Positions 13,490 to 27,250 of a stretch of DNA of 64,000 nucleotides are shown here, piece by piece (within the stretch, counting starts at the first letter, position 1; each line of letters opens with the position of its first letter). The notes under the pieces were generated by a model. It searched no databases. It was not told where the DNA came from and was given only the letters and a program-made list of their open reading frames with translations. The translations under genes were made by a program, and so were the position numbers. Source of the DNA: Sarcophilus harrisii (taxonomy: Eukaryota); assembly GCA_048593225.1 (NCBI GenBank), contig CM109176.1, positions 477,563,429 through 477,627,428 of the forward strand, in the 5' to 3' direction.

Positions 13490-15010
13490 CAATCCCCATG
13501 TTGTTAGAGTGATACTTTTGTTTCCTCTTTGCCTTTTTCTATTCTTTGAATTTCTTTTTTGTTTGTTTTTGTTTTACTGTTATAGCTAACATATCTAGTA
13601 GAATGTTCAGTAATAGTGATGATAATGGACATCCTTGCTTTAATGGGAAAGTTTCAAGTTTATCCCAATTGGGTATAATGCTTGTTCTTGATTTTATTTA
13701 TATTTGAAGAAAGGCTCCATTGATTTCTTTGGTTTCTAGTGTTTTTAATAGGAATGGGTGCTGTCAAAAGCATTTTCTGCACATCCATTGATATAATTAT
13801 ATCATTTTTGTTGGTAATGTTATTTATATGGTCAAATAAGCTGATTCCTAGTATAAATTCCATCTTATAATGTATGATCTTTGTAATATATTGTTGTAAT
13901 CTCCTTAACTTTTTGCTTTGTTATTTATAAAGGAAATTGTTAAAATTTTTTTTTTCTTTTTGCTCTTTCCTGGATTGAGTACCAAATTATATCTGTTCAT
14001 AAGAGGAATTTGATAGGACTTCTCCTTTACTTACTTTTTCAGATAGTTTATATGGTATTGTTCCTTGACTGCATGGTAAAGTTCACTTGTGAATCCATCT
14101 GGTTCTGGGGCTTTTTTCTTAGAGTGCTTATTGATGACTTTTTAAATTTCTTTTTTTATTAGATATTGTTATTTAAATATTCTGTTTCCTGTTTTGTTAA
14201 TCTGGGCGGTTTATATTTTTGTAAATATTTATCCATTTCACTTAGATTCTCCATTTTAATAGCATATAATTGGGTAGAATAAATCCTAATAATTGTTTTA
14301 ATTTTCACTTCATTGTTGGTAATCACCCTTTTAATTTTTGATGCTATTTGGTTTCCTTTTTTAAAATAAGATTAAAACTACTTTATTTCTTTTTATAAAA
14401 CCAGCTCCTAGTTTTATTTATTAATTCACTGGCTTTTTTATTTTCAATTTTATTAATCTCTTGACTTTCAGGATTTCCATTTTGGTGTTTGATGGGGATT
14501 TTTTATTTGTTCTAAATCCTTTTCATTTCCTTGACTTCTTTTTAAATTTATTTTATGGTTATTTTTTATCTAGTTTTGAGAAGGGAAAGTTGAAATTCCC
14601 CACTGCTTTAGTGTCACTATTTCTTCCTGTTAATTCATTTTCTTAAGAATCTGGAATGCTATGGATTTGTTGCATTTAAATTAGTATTGATATTATTTCA
14701 TCTGATTCATTATTTCTCTGGTTCCTTTTAGAAAGATTTAGTTCCTTTGCGTATCCTATTTAGTTCTAGTTTTGTTTTTGCTTTGTCTAAGACCATGATT
14801 GCTACTCCTGCCCTTTTCACTTCAGGTGAAGCAGACTAGATTCAGTCCCTTAATTTAATTCTGTGTGTCTGTTTCAAGTGTTTCTTGTAAACAACATATT
14901 GTTAGATTCTAGTTTCTAATCTATTCTGCTGTCTGCTTCTGTTTTATAAGGTAAGTTCATCTAATTCATAGTTAAGATTATTAATTGTGTATTTCTCTTG
15001 CCATTTTTTT
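13490..15010 (-). mobile_element. L1 LINE fragment (ORF2-derived region), antisense orientation
   Basis: T-rich + strand text with L1-ORF2-antisense hallmarks (…ctttgtctaagaccatgattgctactcctgcccttttcacttcaggtgaagcagactagattcagtccc…). No intact ORF. Confidence 0.6.
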
Positions 15011-16970
15011 TTATCCTTCTCTTTTTTATCCTGAACGTCCTTTAAAATCTATTGCTGCTTATTTTATCTGCTTTCCCTTTTCTCATCTCCCATCCCTTGT
15101 TTTCTTTCATTTCCTTCCCTTCCCACTTCCTTATTGAGTAAGATATATTCCTGTTTGGAAGAGAGAGAGCTCTGCAAAGGCTTTCTCTTGTCATCTTGCC
15201 TTCATCCCAGTAGAGGGTGTCCTCAACAGTAATAGGGAAATTTAGTAAGTGGAAGGGTTTTGGACATGTGAATTTCATAATGCCAGTGAGACATCCAGAA
15301 AGAAATGTCTGATAAGCAGATGAAGACATGGTTTTGGGGCTGAGAAGAGAGACTGTGGTTGGATAATATAGATGTGGCATTCCTCTGCATAAGAGATGAT
15401 AATTAAATCCATGGGAAGTGATGAGAATCAAGAGAAGAATCTTAAGAGATGCAGTTAAGAAGGATAATTAACTAGATTAGATGTTCAAAAGGCATTTGAT
15501 AATATAAGGACTGTAGATTGGGAGACTAGTGCAAGAAAAATAGACGCAAACAAACGTGTTTATACACACACATACATATAAATTATATATATACACACGT
15601 ATATTGATTTATATTTTGGATATCATGTACACATATATATATATATATAAATGTACACATATATCTTCCCATTTTATAGATGAGGAACTGCAGATTTTAA
15701 CTAGGCACACAGTTTAGGGCACACAGATAGTAGATGTCTAAGGCTGGATTTGAATTCACATCTTCCAGACTCCGATTTTGATGCTCTATTCTTTATGCCA
15801 TGTTGTTGCCTGAGAAAGAATATGTGCATGGAATCATGGAGGGCTTTGAATTTGGATTCATTAAGTAATGGAGTATTACTGAAGATTTTTGAACAGGTAG
15901 GTGACATTTTTAGAAAGATTAATCTTGTAGCAATGTGTAGGGTAAACAGAATCCCAAATATTACTTATTAAATTATTGTAGTAATCTATGTGAAAGGTAA
16001 CAAGGGCCTAAAGTCAGAATGTGATTATTTGGATTGCAGAGGAAACAGACTTTGAGATAACACAGTAGGCTCAGTTTGAAATGGCAGTTTAGATTTGGAC
16101 AGGGAATTGGAGGTGTATAAAACAAGACCATGTAAACTTTGCTTTCTCAGAACCAGCTTATGAACTGATGCTGTATTCTACCATCAATGGACAAGCTAGA
16201 GGGAGATAAGGCTACAAAATAGTATTAAATCCTATAACCTGGGAAATTGCTATTCTAAAGAGGTATATTTGCTACTCTTTTCATTTAAGAAGAAATTCAC
16301 AGATTTGACTGACTAGCAAACTAAAGGTTATCATAGTGTGACTTCATCAAAAAGAATGACTATATATTTCTAGCCCCATTCTTTAACTTTTGTTTTGAGC
16401 AGGAGACAGTTATTATTAATATAGATATAAAATTACATATGTGAATGTATGTGTTTATGTACACAGACACATACATACACAATCTTAGAACATGAAGGAT
16501 TTTTAATAGCTCATTCTGCAGTTGCAGAAACTGAGGCTAAATTAGAATAAATGACTTCTCCAAAAATCACACAAACAGATCTAGAATAAGACAGATAGTC
16601 TGATTCCGGATCTAATATACTTTTATATAGGCAAGCAAAAATTAAAAGTTGCATTACCTTATTCCTTGGTTATGTTGGAGAGTTCATAGCTGTGAATTAG
16701 AAGTTTAGAGACTATCCAGAAGAAATGTATGTGTGATAACTTATCGATAACTGTAGCCCAGTTGTTTAACTATCTTAATTTTGCTCTCTTTATGGACATC
16801 TGATATAACTGAAAATATTTCCATATTTAGGTAAATGTTTGTCTCATGCTAGTTCTCTGATTTTGTCGGTGCAGGTTGTCACTTAAAATTCCTTTTGATT
16901 TGACATTTAGATTACTCTATTAGATGTTTATTATAGATGATAAGATGTATTTGTATTTTAATCAATTTAG

Positions 16971-17136
16971 AAAGGAGATTGCAGACTTTGAACAGCAGAA
17001 AGCAAAAGAATTGGCTCGAATTGAAGAGTTTAAAAAGGAAGAAATGCGAAAGCTACAAAAAGAACGCAGAGTTTTTGAAAAATATACTACAACTGCAAGA
17101 GCAATTCCAGATAGAAAGGAACGTGAAGAAATTCAG
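16971..17136 (+). CDS. CENPJ: CENPJ coding exon; (R)[55 protein letters not shown]
   Basis: Acceptor atcaatttag|A and donor TTCAG|GTATGA. Near-identical to the recalled human CPAP segment [33 protein letters not shown]. Confidence 0.85.
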
Positions 17137-19084
17137 GTATGAGAGCTCTTTGTAGTAGAGCATACAAGGTATGCAAAGTTATAGAATTGATATTGATAGG
17201 CTAATAATAAAAAATGTCAGTAATACATTGTTATAGAATTTTTGTTATGGATCTACAACAGATTCATTTCTTAATCTCAATAATTTTAACTGTTTTGTAA
17301 GTATGATGTCAAAATTCTCCTAAATGCATGCTAAATGCTATACAACACTTATAAGTAACATCAGTTAGAAATAACAGTGATACTAGAAGATTATTTGAAA
17401 ACAGACATATATTGCACATAATGTTTATATCTTGGCATTTTTAATATTCATTAAGGCAATGATTTTTCATAGTAAAAGATGGTAATAGTTTTTCACTGAC
17501 TATAGTTTCTTTATTCATTAGATTAAGATTAAGAAAAAATTCCTTTCATGTTTATCTACTAACTTGAAATAGATTAGATTTGGGAACATTTTCTTCGCTG
17601 TGTCCTTCAGCCTATAATCTTGACTTCATTGATATTGTTTCTATACAGATGACTCCCAAATCTTGCTGTAGTCTTTCTCTTTAAGTCCAGTGGCACATCT
17701 TCCAATTATCTGTTGGATATTTTAAAATGGATATCCTTTAGGCATCTCAAATTCAATATGTCTCACACTTAAATTTTTCTTTTTCCCAAACCTTTTTGTT
17801 GTTTGCACCACTTTCCCTGAGTCATCATATAGGTTTGCAACCCTGGTGTCATCCTTGACTCTGTTCTTTGTCACTCCATAGATCTCTCGTCAGTCGCCAA
17901 ATCTTACTTCTCCCTCTACAACACTCCTTCTCTTTCTTCATGTAGCCTTAGTTCACAATTTCATTACCTTTTGTCTATTCTAATATAGTATCTTCCTAAT
18001 TGGTCTCCTTGCCTGAAGTGTCTTCTTCCACACAAATATTAAAGGATTTTTTTTTTCCTAATGTACAATTCTGATCATGTTATTTTCTTGCTCAATAAAT
18101 TTTAATAGTTTCTTGTTACTTGTCAGTTCAAATATAAGCACCTCTGTTTAGTTTTTTAGTTTAGTTTTAGTAGGTTTCCAATCTACTCCTAATCTCTTAT
18201 TTCCAGCTTTAGAACATATCGTTGCAGCCTTCTGGCCATTCTGTGTGCTCTTTTCCTGGCTGGTCCCCCATCCCTGGAAATGCTTCTCTGTCTTGCACTT
18301 TGTTTCCTTTGAAACTCTTTACATATGCTGCCTTCATTATAAAAGCCTTTTGATTATCCCACTCATGCCCTTCCCACCATAAAGTCATCATATATGTGCA
18401 TGTACACATATTGTCTTTCCCATTAGAATGTAAGCTCCTTGATAGTAGGACAGGGCTTTTTCTTTTTCTTCTTTTCAGTTCTGAGTGCTTGGCAGAATTG
18501 TCTTCATGTCTTACATATCCCCTTGTCCTTTTATTTCCTGTTGTCACCATCCATACTTAAAGACTTGGCTGTTGCAATAATTTTCTCACTGCTCTGTCCT
18601 GTCCCTTCCCTGTCATCACCTCCTAACTTTAACCTGTTCCCTGATTTTTCTTTCTAAAATAGCCTTTTTTTTTTTTTTTTTTTAAAGAACTACTCTGCTC
18701 AGATCTTAGCTGCCAGCAGGATAAAATTCAAACCCTTTATCCTAGAATTCAGAGCCTTAGCTTCAACTTAAACTTTTATATTTTTATAATGCTTAATGTT
18801 TCTACAGAATCGTGCTTCTCTAGCCAAAGTGATACACTCATTATGTCCTTGAAAATATCTTGTGCTTTGCCTCCCTGGCCCTTTGTTTAAACTCTGTCCT
18901 TTATCTGAAATCTCCCCCTCATTTAATCTGCTGACCAAAGTCTTTCAGTGGACAGACAATTTAAACTTGGTTTATGTTAATCTTTCATAATTTCCCCATC
19001 CAAAATGTGTTATTGTTTCTTCCAAACTCCTTTACCACTGCTGTGTGATATTTAATATATACAAAATTTTTGTATTTATTATTT

Positions 19085-19255
19085 TAAAAAAAAATTTCTT
19101 TTTTTTTTGGCTGAGGCAATTGGGGTTAAGTGATTTACCCAGGGTCACATACCTAGGGAGTCTTAAGTGTCTGAGGCCAGATTTGAACTCAGGTCCTCCA
19201 GACTTCATGGCTGGTGCTCTATCCACTGCACCACCTAGCTGTCCCTGTATTTGTT
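19085..19255 (-). mobile_element. Marsupial tRNA-derived SINE, reverse orientation (poly-T at 5' side)
   Basis: Reverse complement of the same SINE as at 152-316: ...GCTGAGGCAATTGGGGTTAAGTGATTTACCCAGGGTCACATA...GGTGCTCTATCCACTGCACCACCTAGCTG. Confidence 0.85.
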
Positions 19256-19497
19256 ATTTTTGTTATGTGTCTTCTTTCCCTACCACACAAACAGATGGTG
19301 GTCAGAGTACCATTTGTCCTAATTTTTTTTTTTGCATATACCCACAATATCTAACAGTTTCTTGGATATAAATAAATGCTCAGTGTATTTAACTGCATGT
19401 CTTTGTCACTTACGGATCTATTCGTTCTATAAGCAGCTTGATAAAAATGTTGTTTGAACTTATTGAGCACTTGTGGATATTTGCTTCTCTTTTGAAG

Positions 19498-19740
19498 GCT
19501 TTAAAACAACAAATAGCAGATTTACAAGAAGAGTTGAAGCGAAAAGAGACAAAGTGGTCAAATACACATGGTCGCCTTAAAAGCCAAATAGAAACATTAG
19601 CTAAAGAGAACACAGATCTTCGAGAAGAGATAAAAGTTATGGAACGGTTTCGACTTGACGCCTGGAAAAAAGCAGAAGCTATTGAAAACAACTTAAAGAA
19701 TGAACATTCCCTATTTTCTATGAAAAAAGAAGAGTCTACA
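19498..19740 (+). CDS. CENPJ: CENPJ coding exon; [81 protein letters not shown]
   Basis: Acceptor cttttgaag|GCT and donor ACA|GTGAGT. 243 nt, phase 0 both ends. Matches human [21 protein letters not shown]...[15 protein letters not shown]. Confidence 0.85.
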
Positions 19741-20253
19741 GTGAGTTTATAGTAAATTTTTACTGATCACATATATTATTCAGAATTGAATCCAAATATA
19801 ATGAAAATTTTAAAAACCAGATTTTAATAATTGTTGTAAACTTTGGATTCTAACATTGCTAATTATAATCTATAGTTAAAATGAAGGTACTTTGTTGTGT
19901 TGAGGCTGATCATAAGATTTTAAAAATCAGTTAACTGACATGTTTAAATCTTAAAATTGAGATACAATTGAGGGATTTGATAATCTGTTAAATAATACCC
20001 ATCTTTTCAGGATGGTATGTAGGGGGAAAAAACCAAATTACTTTTGTACTATTCTTAAAGAATATTTCCTGCTTAGAAAATGGATTATCTGGCTCTACTA
20101 GATCCTTTGGTAGGAATAAATACTTGATAAAGAATTCTGAAAACAAACTGAAGAAAATAATGCCTAATATTTTTTGTCACAGATAGTTCATCATTAAAAA
20201 AATAAGCATTCTTCTTTTTTTACTTAAAGTGTCCATATGTAATATGATTACAG

Positions 20254-20338
20254 AATCCATTGTTAGGCTTTCAGAAGAGTCAGAACTCATCTTCAAGTCA
20301 GATGGAAAAATACAAGAAAAATCATTCACCAGGACAAG
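20254..20338 (+). CDS. CENPJ: CENPJ coding exon; NPLLGFQKSQNSSSSQMEKYKKNHSPGQ(G)
   Basis: Acceptor gattacag|AAT was chosen over the nearer tgttag|GC because only it keeps phase 0 and gives ...QMEKYKKNHSPGQG, which parallels human ...QVEKYKKNYLPMQG. Donor CAAG|GTATGA. Confidence 0.7.
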
Positions 20339-21699
20339 GTATGAAATTGTTTATGAGTAAGCCATAAGCATACATGTATATTACAAGAAACTTAGCATGA
20401 CCAATTAGGTGTTCCTCTATTAATGATCTATTTTATGAATTAAGTTTTCAAACTTTTTGCCACATTGAAACTCTTCTTGTATCAGATTCTTTGATAAGAA
20501 TAAAAATTTATGTTATTAATCATTTATTAAATGATTAGGCACCATGCTAAGCCTCAGGGATATGAATAAAAGCAGTCATATTCCTTGCCCTCAAGGAATT
20601 CATGTTAAAATGAATACATTATGCAAATAACTATGCACATACAAGAGTTGCACAATATAAATCCACATTTACAAATGTTTTAAAAGTTCATCTGTTATAT
20701 TTCTCTGCTCTTTTTTCATTTCTTTAAATGTTATCATCTCCCTTTTAGCAAAATTTTGGATTTAGTTTCTTATTGCTTATTGTAAGTAAACCACAAAATT
20801 GATTTAACTGTTTTTAGAGATTTCAATATCATTTTCATCTCTTACTTTTACATAAGCTACTATCTTGGAAAACTTACTTTTTACTTCAAATTTTTTGCTT
20901 AGAGAAATCAAGAGCTTTATTTTAAATTTTATTATACTCTATTGATAAATAGCTTTGTAATTTTTCTGGAAGCATGAAACTTTTTAACCATTTGATAATA
21001 ACACTAGGCAGGAAGATCACCAGTAAAAGTCACCTTTTTTTTTGGGATTTGGTGCTTGCAATATAGTACTTTTCCTTGTTGTTTTTTGAATCTTGATTTT
21101 ATCCAAATATCAATAGCAGACTCGGGTATCAAAAAACTAGTTAATAAAACAAATATTACCTCTTCTCCTTAACTTGACTAAATATAAACACTTTTCATTA
21201 TGTCCATTTTAATCAGTTAGTTAAATAAACAAAATCATGATGCCTAATTTGAGTCATCTTTAAGAAGTCAACTTTTTAGTAATATGATAGTTCTCTGAAT
21301 CTGTTTGATAGAGAAACTGTGTTATGAACTCTGCAGACAGAAAAGAAAGGTTGCTTTGGCTGTGAGCTCCAAAGGCTATAGCTTAAGAAATGATAATCTT
21401 TTGCATAAATCAATCAGTGAAATCACAAAGAAGCTCAGGCACTTCAGTTGAATGACTTAATGAAATTTAAAATGTGTAAACAAAATGGTTTTATGCCTAT
21501 TCCTTAACAAGGTGTGGATCCTGATTGAGTCAAGGAAGGAATAGCTAATTGGCCAATTGAGAAAAGCTAAGCATGTCTCTGAGGGCTTTACATAAACTAA
21601 GTAAATCTAGAAAAATAAATCTTTCTGGTCCTGATCACCAGAATTTTGTTCTAGTAGTGACCGAGAGACTTCATTGCTTTCTCATTTGGATCTCTTAAA

Positions 21700-21960
21700 G
21701 AAGAATGGAGGCAGACCTGGGTGGTGTAAATGGATAGTGTACTAGGCCTGAAATCAAGAAAACCTGAGTTTTAATTTGCTCTTTTAGACACTTTTTTGGC
21801 TGTGGGATTCTGGACAAGTCATTTAACCTCTGTCTGCCTCAGTTTCCTTATCTGCAAGATGGAGATTATAATAGCACCTACCTCCCAGGATTGTTCTGAG
21901 GATCAAATGAGATATTTGTATGCCACTTAACACAGAACATGATATATAGTAAGCATTATA
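21700..21960 (+). mobile_element. MIR/THER-type SINE
   Basis: …gtcatttaacctctgtctgcctcagtttccttatctgcaagatggagattataatagcacctacctcccaggattgttctgaggatcaaatgagata… This is the classic MIR/THER1 core and 3' region. Confidence 0.75.
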
Positions 21961-24900
21961 TCACTTTTAGCTGTTATTAGTATTGTATAATTTATCAAGT
22001 TCAGGTTAAGACCCAATGAACAATCACCATCTTAATATGTTCTGCCCTAGATTGACCACATGTGGAAATTTATTTTCAATTCCATATTTTAGCAAGGAAA
22101 TTTATGAGCTAGACAGTATCTAGGAGACAGTGACTAGGATTGCAAAGGGCTTTATAAAGATTATTTTAAATAATTGGAGATTTTTGTCTGAAGAAGAGAA
22201 GACTGGAGAAGTAGGTAAACTGTTTTCAAATTTTTTTGAAGGGCTTTCTCATTGGAGAAAGTGTTAGACTTGTTCAGTTTGCCCCTAGGGGGCCAGATTA
22301 GCAACAAAGAGACAGGGTTGATCTAAGGATAAAGTTTCTAACAATTGGAGCTATTTAGAAATGGAATGGCCTTCTTTGGGAGAAAATAGTTTCTACCTCA
22401 CTGAAGGCTTTCAAGCAAAGGCTGTGTGGCTGCTTGTTAGATAGGTTACAATACCTTTTTCAGATATGGATAGGTTGGACTATATGGTTATTGAGAACTC
22501 TTCTACCTTGGAGATTCTGTAAAAAGATTTTGTAGCATAAAGAAACAAGTAGATGAATCTGTTTCATCTAGAGTCCTAGCCAGAAAAATGAAGTTTCAAA
22601 TCTTGCCTCAGACATGCACTTGCTATATATATCACTCTGGATAGGTCATTCAATTTCTTAATTTCCTTGTTTGTAAAGCGGAGGATAAGAACAGAATCAC
22701 AGGATTTATGAGGCTCAAATTGGGTAGTGGGTATCTAAAAGGCTTTGCAATGCCTCAAAAGGGTTATATTAAGTGTAAGCTGTTATTTGGCACTGCTACA
22801 ATCAAGATTCTTAAAGGAATATTGCTAACAAATGGGCAGTTGATAAAAATTCACTATTTACTAAGGTCAGTTAAGCTGTATAAGAAATTTGATAGTTTTC
22901 TGTTTTGAGCATTTTTTTCTCTTTAAAAATTATTTAAAACATAAGTACAAAATTTATAAAAAGAAAAACAAAATAGAAAAAGAAAAAATTTGCTATGTAC
23001 ACTGTAGAACATAGAAGATTGAAACCATTTCCATTTCAAGAAAGCCTACATAATACTGCATATTGTGTTCAATACGGTCTTTTCTTTGCTTCCTTATAGT
23101 TTTCTTTTGTTGTCTTGCTGTCCACTTTTTTACTTTATTCTTTTTTTCCCTTTCTTCTCCACTTCCTCAAAAAAGACTGCAGTTAAGCAAAGACGTTATT
23201 TATATATACATATATGTGTACACACACATGCATATAAATACATAGGTACCTATAATCATATGGAGATTTACACTTAGACATTTATATAAATCTATGTAAG
23301 GTCGTACTATGTTTGTCCTGTGTTTCTCTGAAGGTGGAAAACATCTTTCTTCATAAGTACACGTCTTTTCATATTTTTGCTAAATCCACCAACTCATCCT
23401 TTCCTACACCATAGCCATTTTCCAACTTTATATTATCTCGTTATTTTAAATGGATTTTTTTCTATCTTTACTTTCCCCTCTTGCTCTAATACTTTGGGAT
23501 AATTATTTCCAATTATTTCTTGTACTATTATATCAAGATTCTTTTTTTGACTGTAGCTTTCAGATAGTACGATACTATGTTTTCTCTACTTGATCTATTC
23601 TCCAAATCCATTGTTTTTCTTATGACATTTCACATTATCTATTATTTTCCCATTCTTTATATTTTGTTTGATTATTTCTTAGCCATTTATAACTTTGCTA
23701 GCTTTCCCTTGCCTGATTCTACTTTTCAAAGTGTCACTTTCTTTAAGAATCTGGATCTCCTTTTCTAGTTGATTGACTTTCTTTTCATAATCTTACAGTT
23801 TTCTTGGATTTTCCCACCCAGTTTTTCCTCAGTGTCATTTGATTTTTAAAATCTTTTTTGAGTTTTTCTATGAATTCTTTTTGGGCAGGTGACTATTTAA
23901 TATTATTTTTTGGGGTAAGAGGCTTTTTTTGCTTCACTGTCCTTTGAAGGTGAACTCTGGTCTTTCCTATTCCCTTGGTAAATTTCTGTGGTTGAGTTCT
24001 TTCTCCTTTGCTTGTTTAAAAAAAAAAAAAAAATCATAGTAGATTGAAAAAATCATAGTAGATTGTTGATGTGATCATCTGTAGTTCTAAGATGTGAGGG
24101 ATACTGTCTCAAGCCTCAGGTCCTCCTTAAGTTCTCCCCTCTGCCCTGGAACCCAAAATCAAGGACTCTGCCCTTCTGTAAGTACTCACAGCCAGCAGCA
24201 GCATGGCTTGGTTCTGCTCTGCTTCTGTACGCACCATGCATGTGCTGGTTCCTTCTCCCCAACGCTGAGTTTCAGCAGCACAGCTGAGGCTGCTATTTGT
24301 TTTTGGCTTCCCTGACTCGGATACCTTCCTCCTCATACTGTCCCCACATTTGTGGCTGGCTAGCCACAGGTCTTGCCCCAACAGTTGCGCTGTTTCAGTG
24401 CAACTGGCCTTAACGGTGTTGACCTTTCACATGGGTCAAACCTCCATCGGGGTATCTTTCTTTGGATTTTCTCTGATTATTCCAGGAGGACTACTGTTCT
24501 GCCCCAACTCTTATTGCTCTACATTTGCCCTGAGGTGCTACTTTGTTTGTGGGGGAAATCTGGAAAGTTTTCAATTCCTCCCTTTATCATTCTCCCAGAA
24601 TACTCTCTTGAATATTTTTTGACATAAGTATTCTGAGTACTAATGTGTACATGAGAAAATATTAAATGAATTTAGCTCTTTTCTGTTACATATTTAGACT
24701 AGAAGGGAAAGTTTGAAAGGTGATCAACTTTCCATGTACTTTGGGGTTTTTTTATTGTTTTTTTCCCAAACATAATTCATCTTCTCTTTCATTTACTGGT
24801 TAACTAAATAGAAAATAACTCACAAATTGGGTTGTTTCTCAAAGTAGACTCAGTCTGGGAGTCAGGAGAATTAGTTCTTGTCTTTGTTCTCTTTGTTATG

Positions 24901-25931
24901 GATTGACTGACAGTTCATATTCCACTTAAAGACCTGAAAAGGACCTTTGAATTGAGTTAAGCAACATTTATTGGACAGACATTTTTCAGAACTTGCTGGG
25001 TGTACAATGCACTAGAATAGCTGTGATGGTGAATATAAACGATAAAAATATTCCCTGTTCTTCTGGAATGTTTAGTCAAACGGGGAAAGGAGACACAAAT
25101 ATAAGGTGTAGGGGAAATCGGCACTTAATTTTAGAGCAAGATGACAAGGGTTTGAATATTGGATCTGATACAGCTCTGGATAAGCTCTTTTACTACTTTA
25201 GTTTTCAGTTTCTTATCTATAGAATTATTGGTGATGATTTAGTTTAAACCCTAAACTAAACTAAATGATCAAAGTGCCTTATAGTGATCTTGACTTTAGC
25301 ATAGTATATAAAAACTCTTAACAATTTTTAATGATGGAAACCATATCAAGTTTTTCTTAGTCTGCTTTTAAGTATGGAATAAATATTCCTCTTTTAAAAC
25401 ATGGGAGAATCCTATGACACTACAAGAGAGGTAGGGAATAGTGTTAACAGCTAAGTTGTAAAAGATCTATTGCTTCATTGTATTTGAAAAGAGCCTTAGT
25501 TAATGAATTTTATGTAAGCTATCATTCCAACAACTTTTCTTCTATACTACATAAAGGTAATTTTTTAGAGGATTTTTGCCAGTTTTTTAATTAGATGTAA
25601 ATTGATGTTCTGAACAAATGAATTGTCATCACATACTTGTACTAATAAGTTTATTGATGTTCACCTCTCTGGGCCTTTCTTCAGCTTAAAATGAAGGTCT
25701 TAAATGTTGTCATCTCTTGAGATCCATTTCAGCTCTAAATTTATGATTTAAATTTATCATAATTTAAATTATGTGTTAAATATTAGAGTTTTAAAGATGC
25801 TTACATTAGTATATAGCAATGACAGAAAAGTTAATTTTAAGATTTAAAAAATGTGTTTCTTTGAGTATTTTAACTGAAAGATTTTTTTTTATGTTAATTT
25901 AACTTTTTTTTCCCTTTTTTGATAAAAACAG

Positions 25932-25996
25932 GAAATCTGCCTCGGAGACCAAAGTCAGCACCAGTCCATGATCTAAGTAATTCAGACAAAGGACAG
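25932..25996 (+). CDS. CENPJ: CENPJ coding exon; (G)NLPRRPKSAPVHDLSNSDKGQ
   Basis: Acceptor gataaaaacag|GA and donor GGACAG|GTGAAT. Phase 1 in, phase 0 out. Parallels human [21 protein letters not shown]. Confidence 0.75.
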
Positions 25997-26867
25997 GTGA
26001 ATTTTGTAGTATCTTAATATTTTAATGCATGTAATATAAATTAGTTGGTTTTGGAATTAGTCCCCTTCCCTACCTGTCTTGAAAGTTAAATTAGTCATAA
26101 GTGAATAAGTGGGTAAGTTTGAGTTCTTAATATGTTTCAAGTATTGTGCTAAGCACTGGGGCAAAGTAAGGCACAAATACAAAAATTATCCCTGCCTAAA
26201 CAGAGCTTACATCCTAATGTGAAAGATACCGTGAAATAAATGCCTACACATAATATAGAGCAGAAGGAAGGTAATGTTAGAGAGGAAGGCTTTAGTGACT
26301 GGGGTAAGTGAGAAAACTTCCTGAGAAGGTATTTGAGCTGAATCTTGAGAGAAGCCAATGATGTAAAGTGTTTCATTATTCAATCAACTTTGGCCTATTT
26401 TACAGCTTTTTTTCCTAAAGGATCTGGTTCAAGAATTGAACTGAATTTTTGGGTGGAGGTGGGTAGAAAGTACAATTGATTGAGATTTAATTCTTTGTAG
26501 TCACTATATCTGCAATATTAAGTTTTTCCCTTAGATGGTCAAGAGTTCTTAACTTTTAAAAAAATTTTTAAAAATATTTTGATGACTGTACTTTATTTAG
26601 CATGATTGATTTTCTTTCTAATTCTATGTATTTCAGTTTTATACATCTAAAAGCATCATTCTGAGAATGGATCCACAGGTTTTTGTCAGATGGCCAGAGT
26701 AGTCCATGACACATAAAAAAGTTAAAACCCCCGCCCTTGGCAGTTAAATATATCTGGGGCTTAGAACCTAATGTATATCATTTTATTGTAAGCCTAGTTA
26801 ATTTTAGTGTGTTAACCAACTTATTTGGGAAGGAGCGCTTAATATAACTGTAATAATTTAATGTGAT

Positions 26868-27010
26868 ATAGCAGCTAGGTGGTACAGGGATTTAGAATTG
26901 GCAAGACCCAACTTCAAATCTAGTTTCATAAATGCTTTGTTAGATGTGTGGCTCTGGGCAAGTTGTTTAATGTCTCAGTTTTTCCCTCAATTGCAAAATG
27001 AAGATGTCAG
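26868..27010 (+). mobile_element. tRNA-derived SINE (MIR-related)
   Basis: agcagctaggtggtacagggatttagaattggcaagacccaacttcaaatctag...ctgggcaagttgtttaatgtctcagtttttccctcaattgcaaaatgaagatg. Confidence 0.7.
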
Positions 27011-27148
27011 TAGCATCCCAGATGGAATACATGTAAAGTGCTCAGCAGTATCTGGTACACAGTCCACACACACACATAAGTATGCTTATTCCTTTTAGAT
27101 TTCAGATGAAGTCTTTTTCTTTCTTTTTTTTTTTTTTTTTTTTTAAAG

Positions 27149-27250
27149 CTCATATCCAGTGAACTATTTGAACCACTAATATGCCCCGTTCCTGATTCTG
27201 AAGTACAAGAAGAAGTAGTTCATGGAGAAATCAGTCATCCTGATGGGAAG
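27149..27250 (+). CDS. CENPJ: CENPJ coding exon; LISSELFEPLICPVPDSEVQEEVVHGEISHPDGK
   Basis: Acceptor (T)n aaag|CTC and donor GGGAAG|GTAAGA. Leads into the G-box region (human ...GEISHPDGKVEKV). Confidence 0.8.

Noticed and set aside
15042-15431. 129-aa minus-strand ORF adjacent to the L1 fragment
   Set aside because: No domain-like content. It lies in a CENPJ intron next to repeat sequence, and low-complexity K/E/G-rich translation is typical of random AG-rich DNA.
24094-24627. Cluster of overlapping ORFs on both strands (24094-24315+, 24127-24381-, 24350-24622+, 24373-24627+) in a relatively GC-rich patch, possibly a hidden exon or CpG island
   Set aside because: There are no convincing splice sites in any consistent frame, and composition-driven open frames occur on both strands. 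It is probably a GC-richer repeat or unique intronic segment of CENPJ. CpG content is not elevated enough to call an island.
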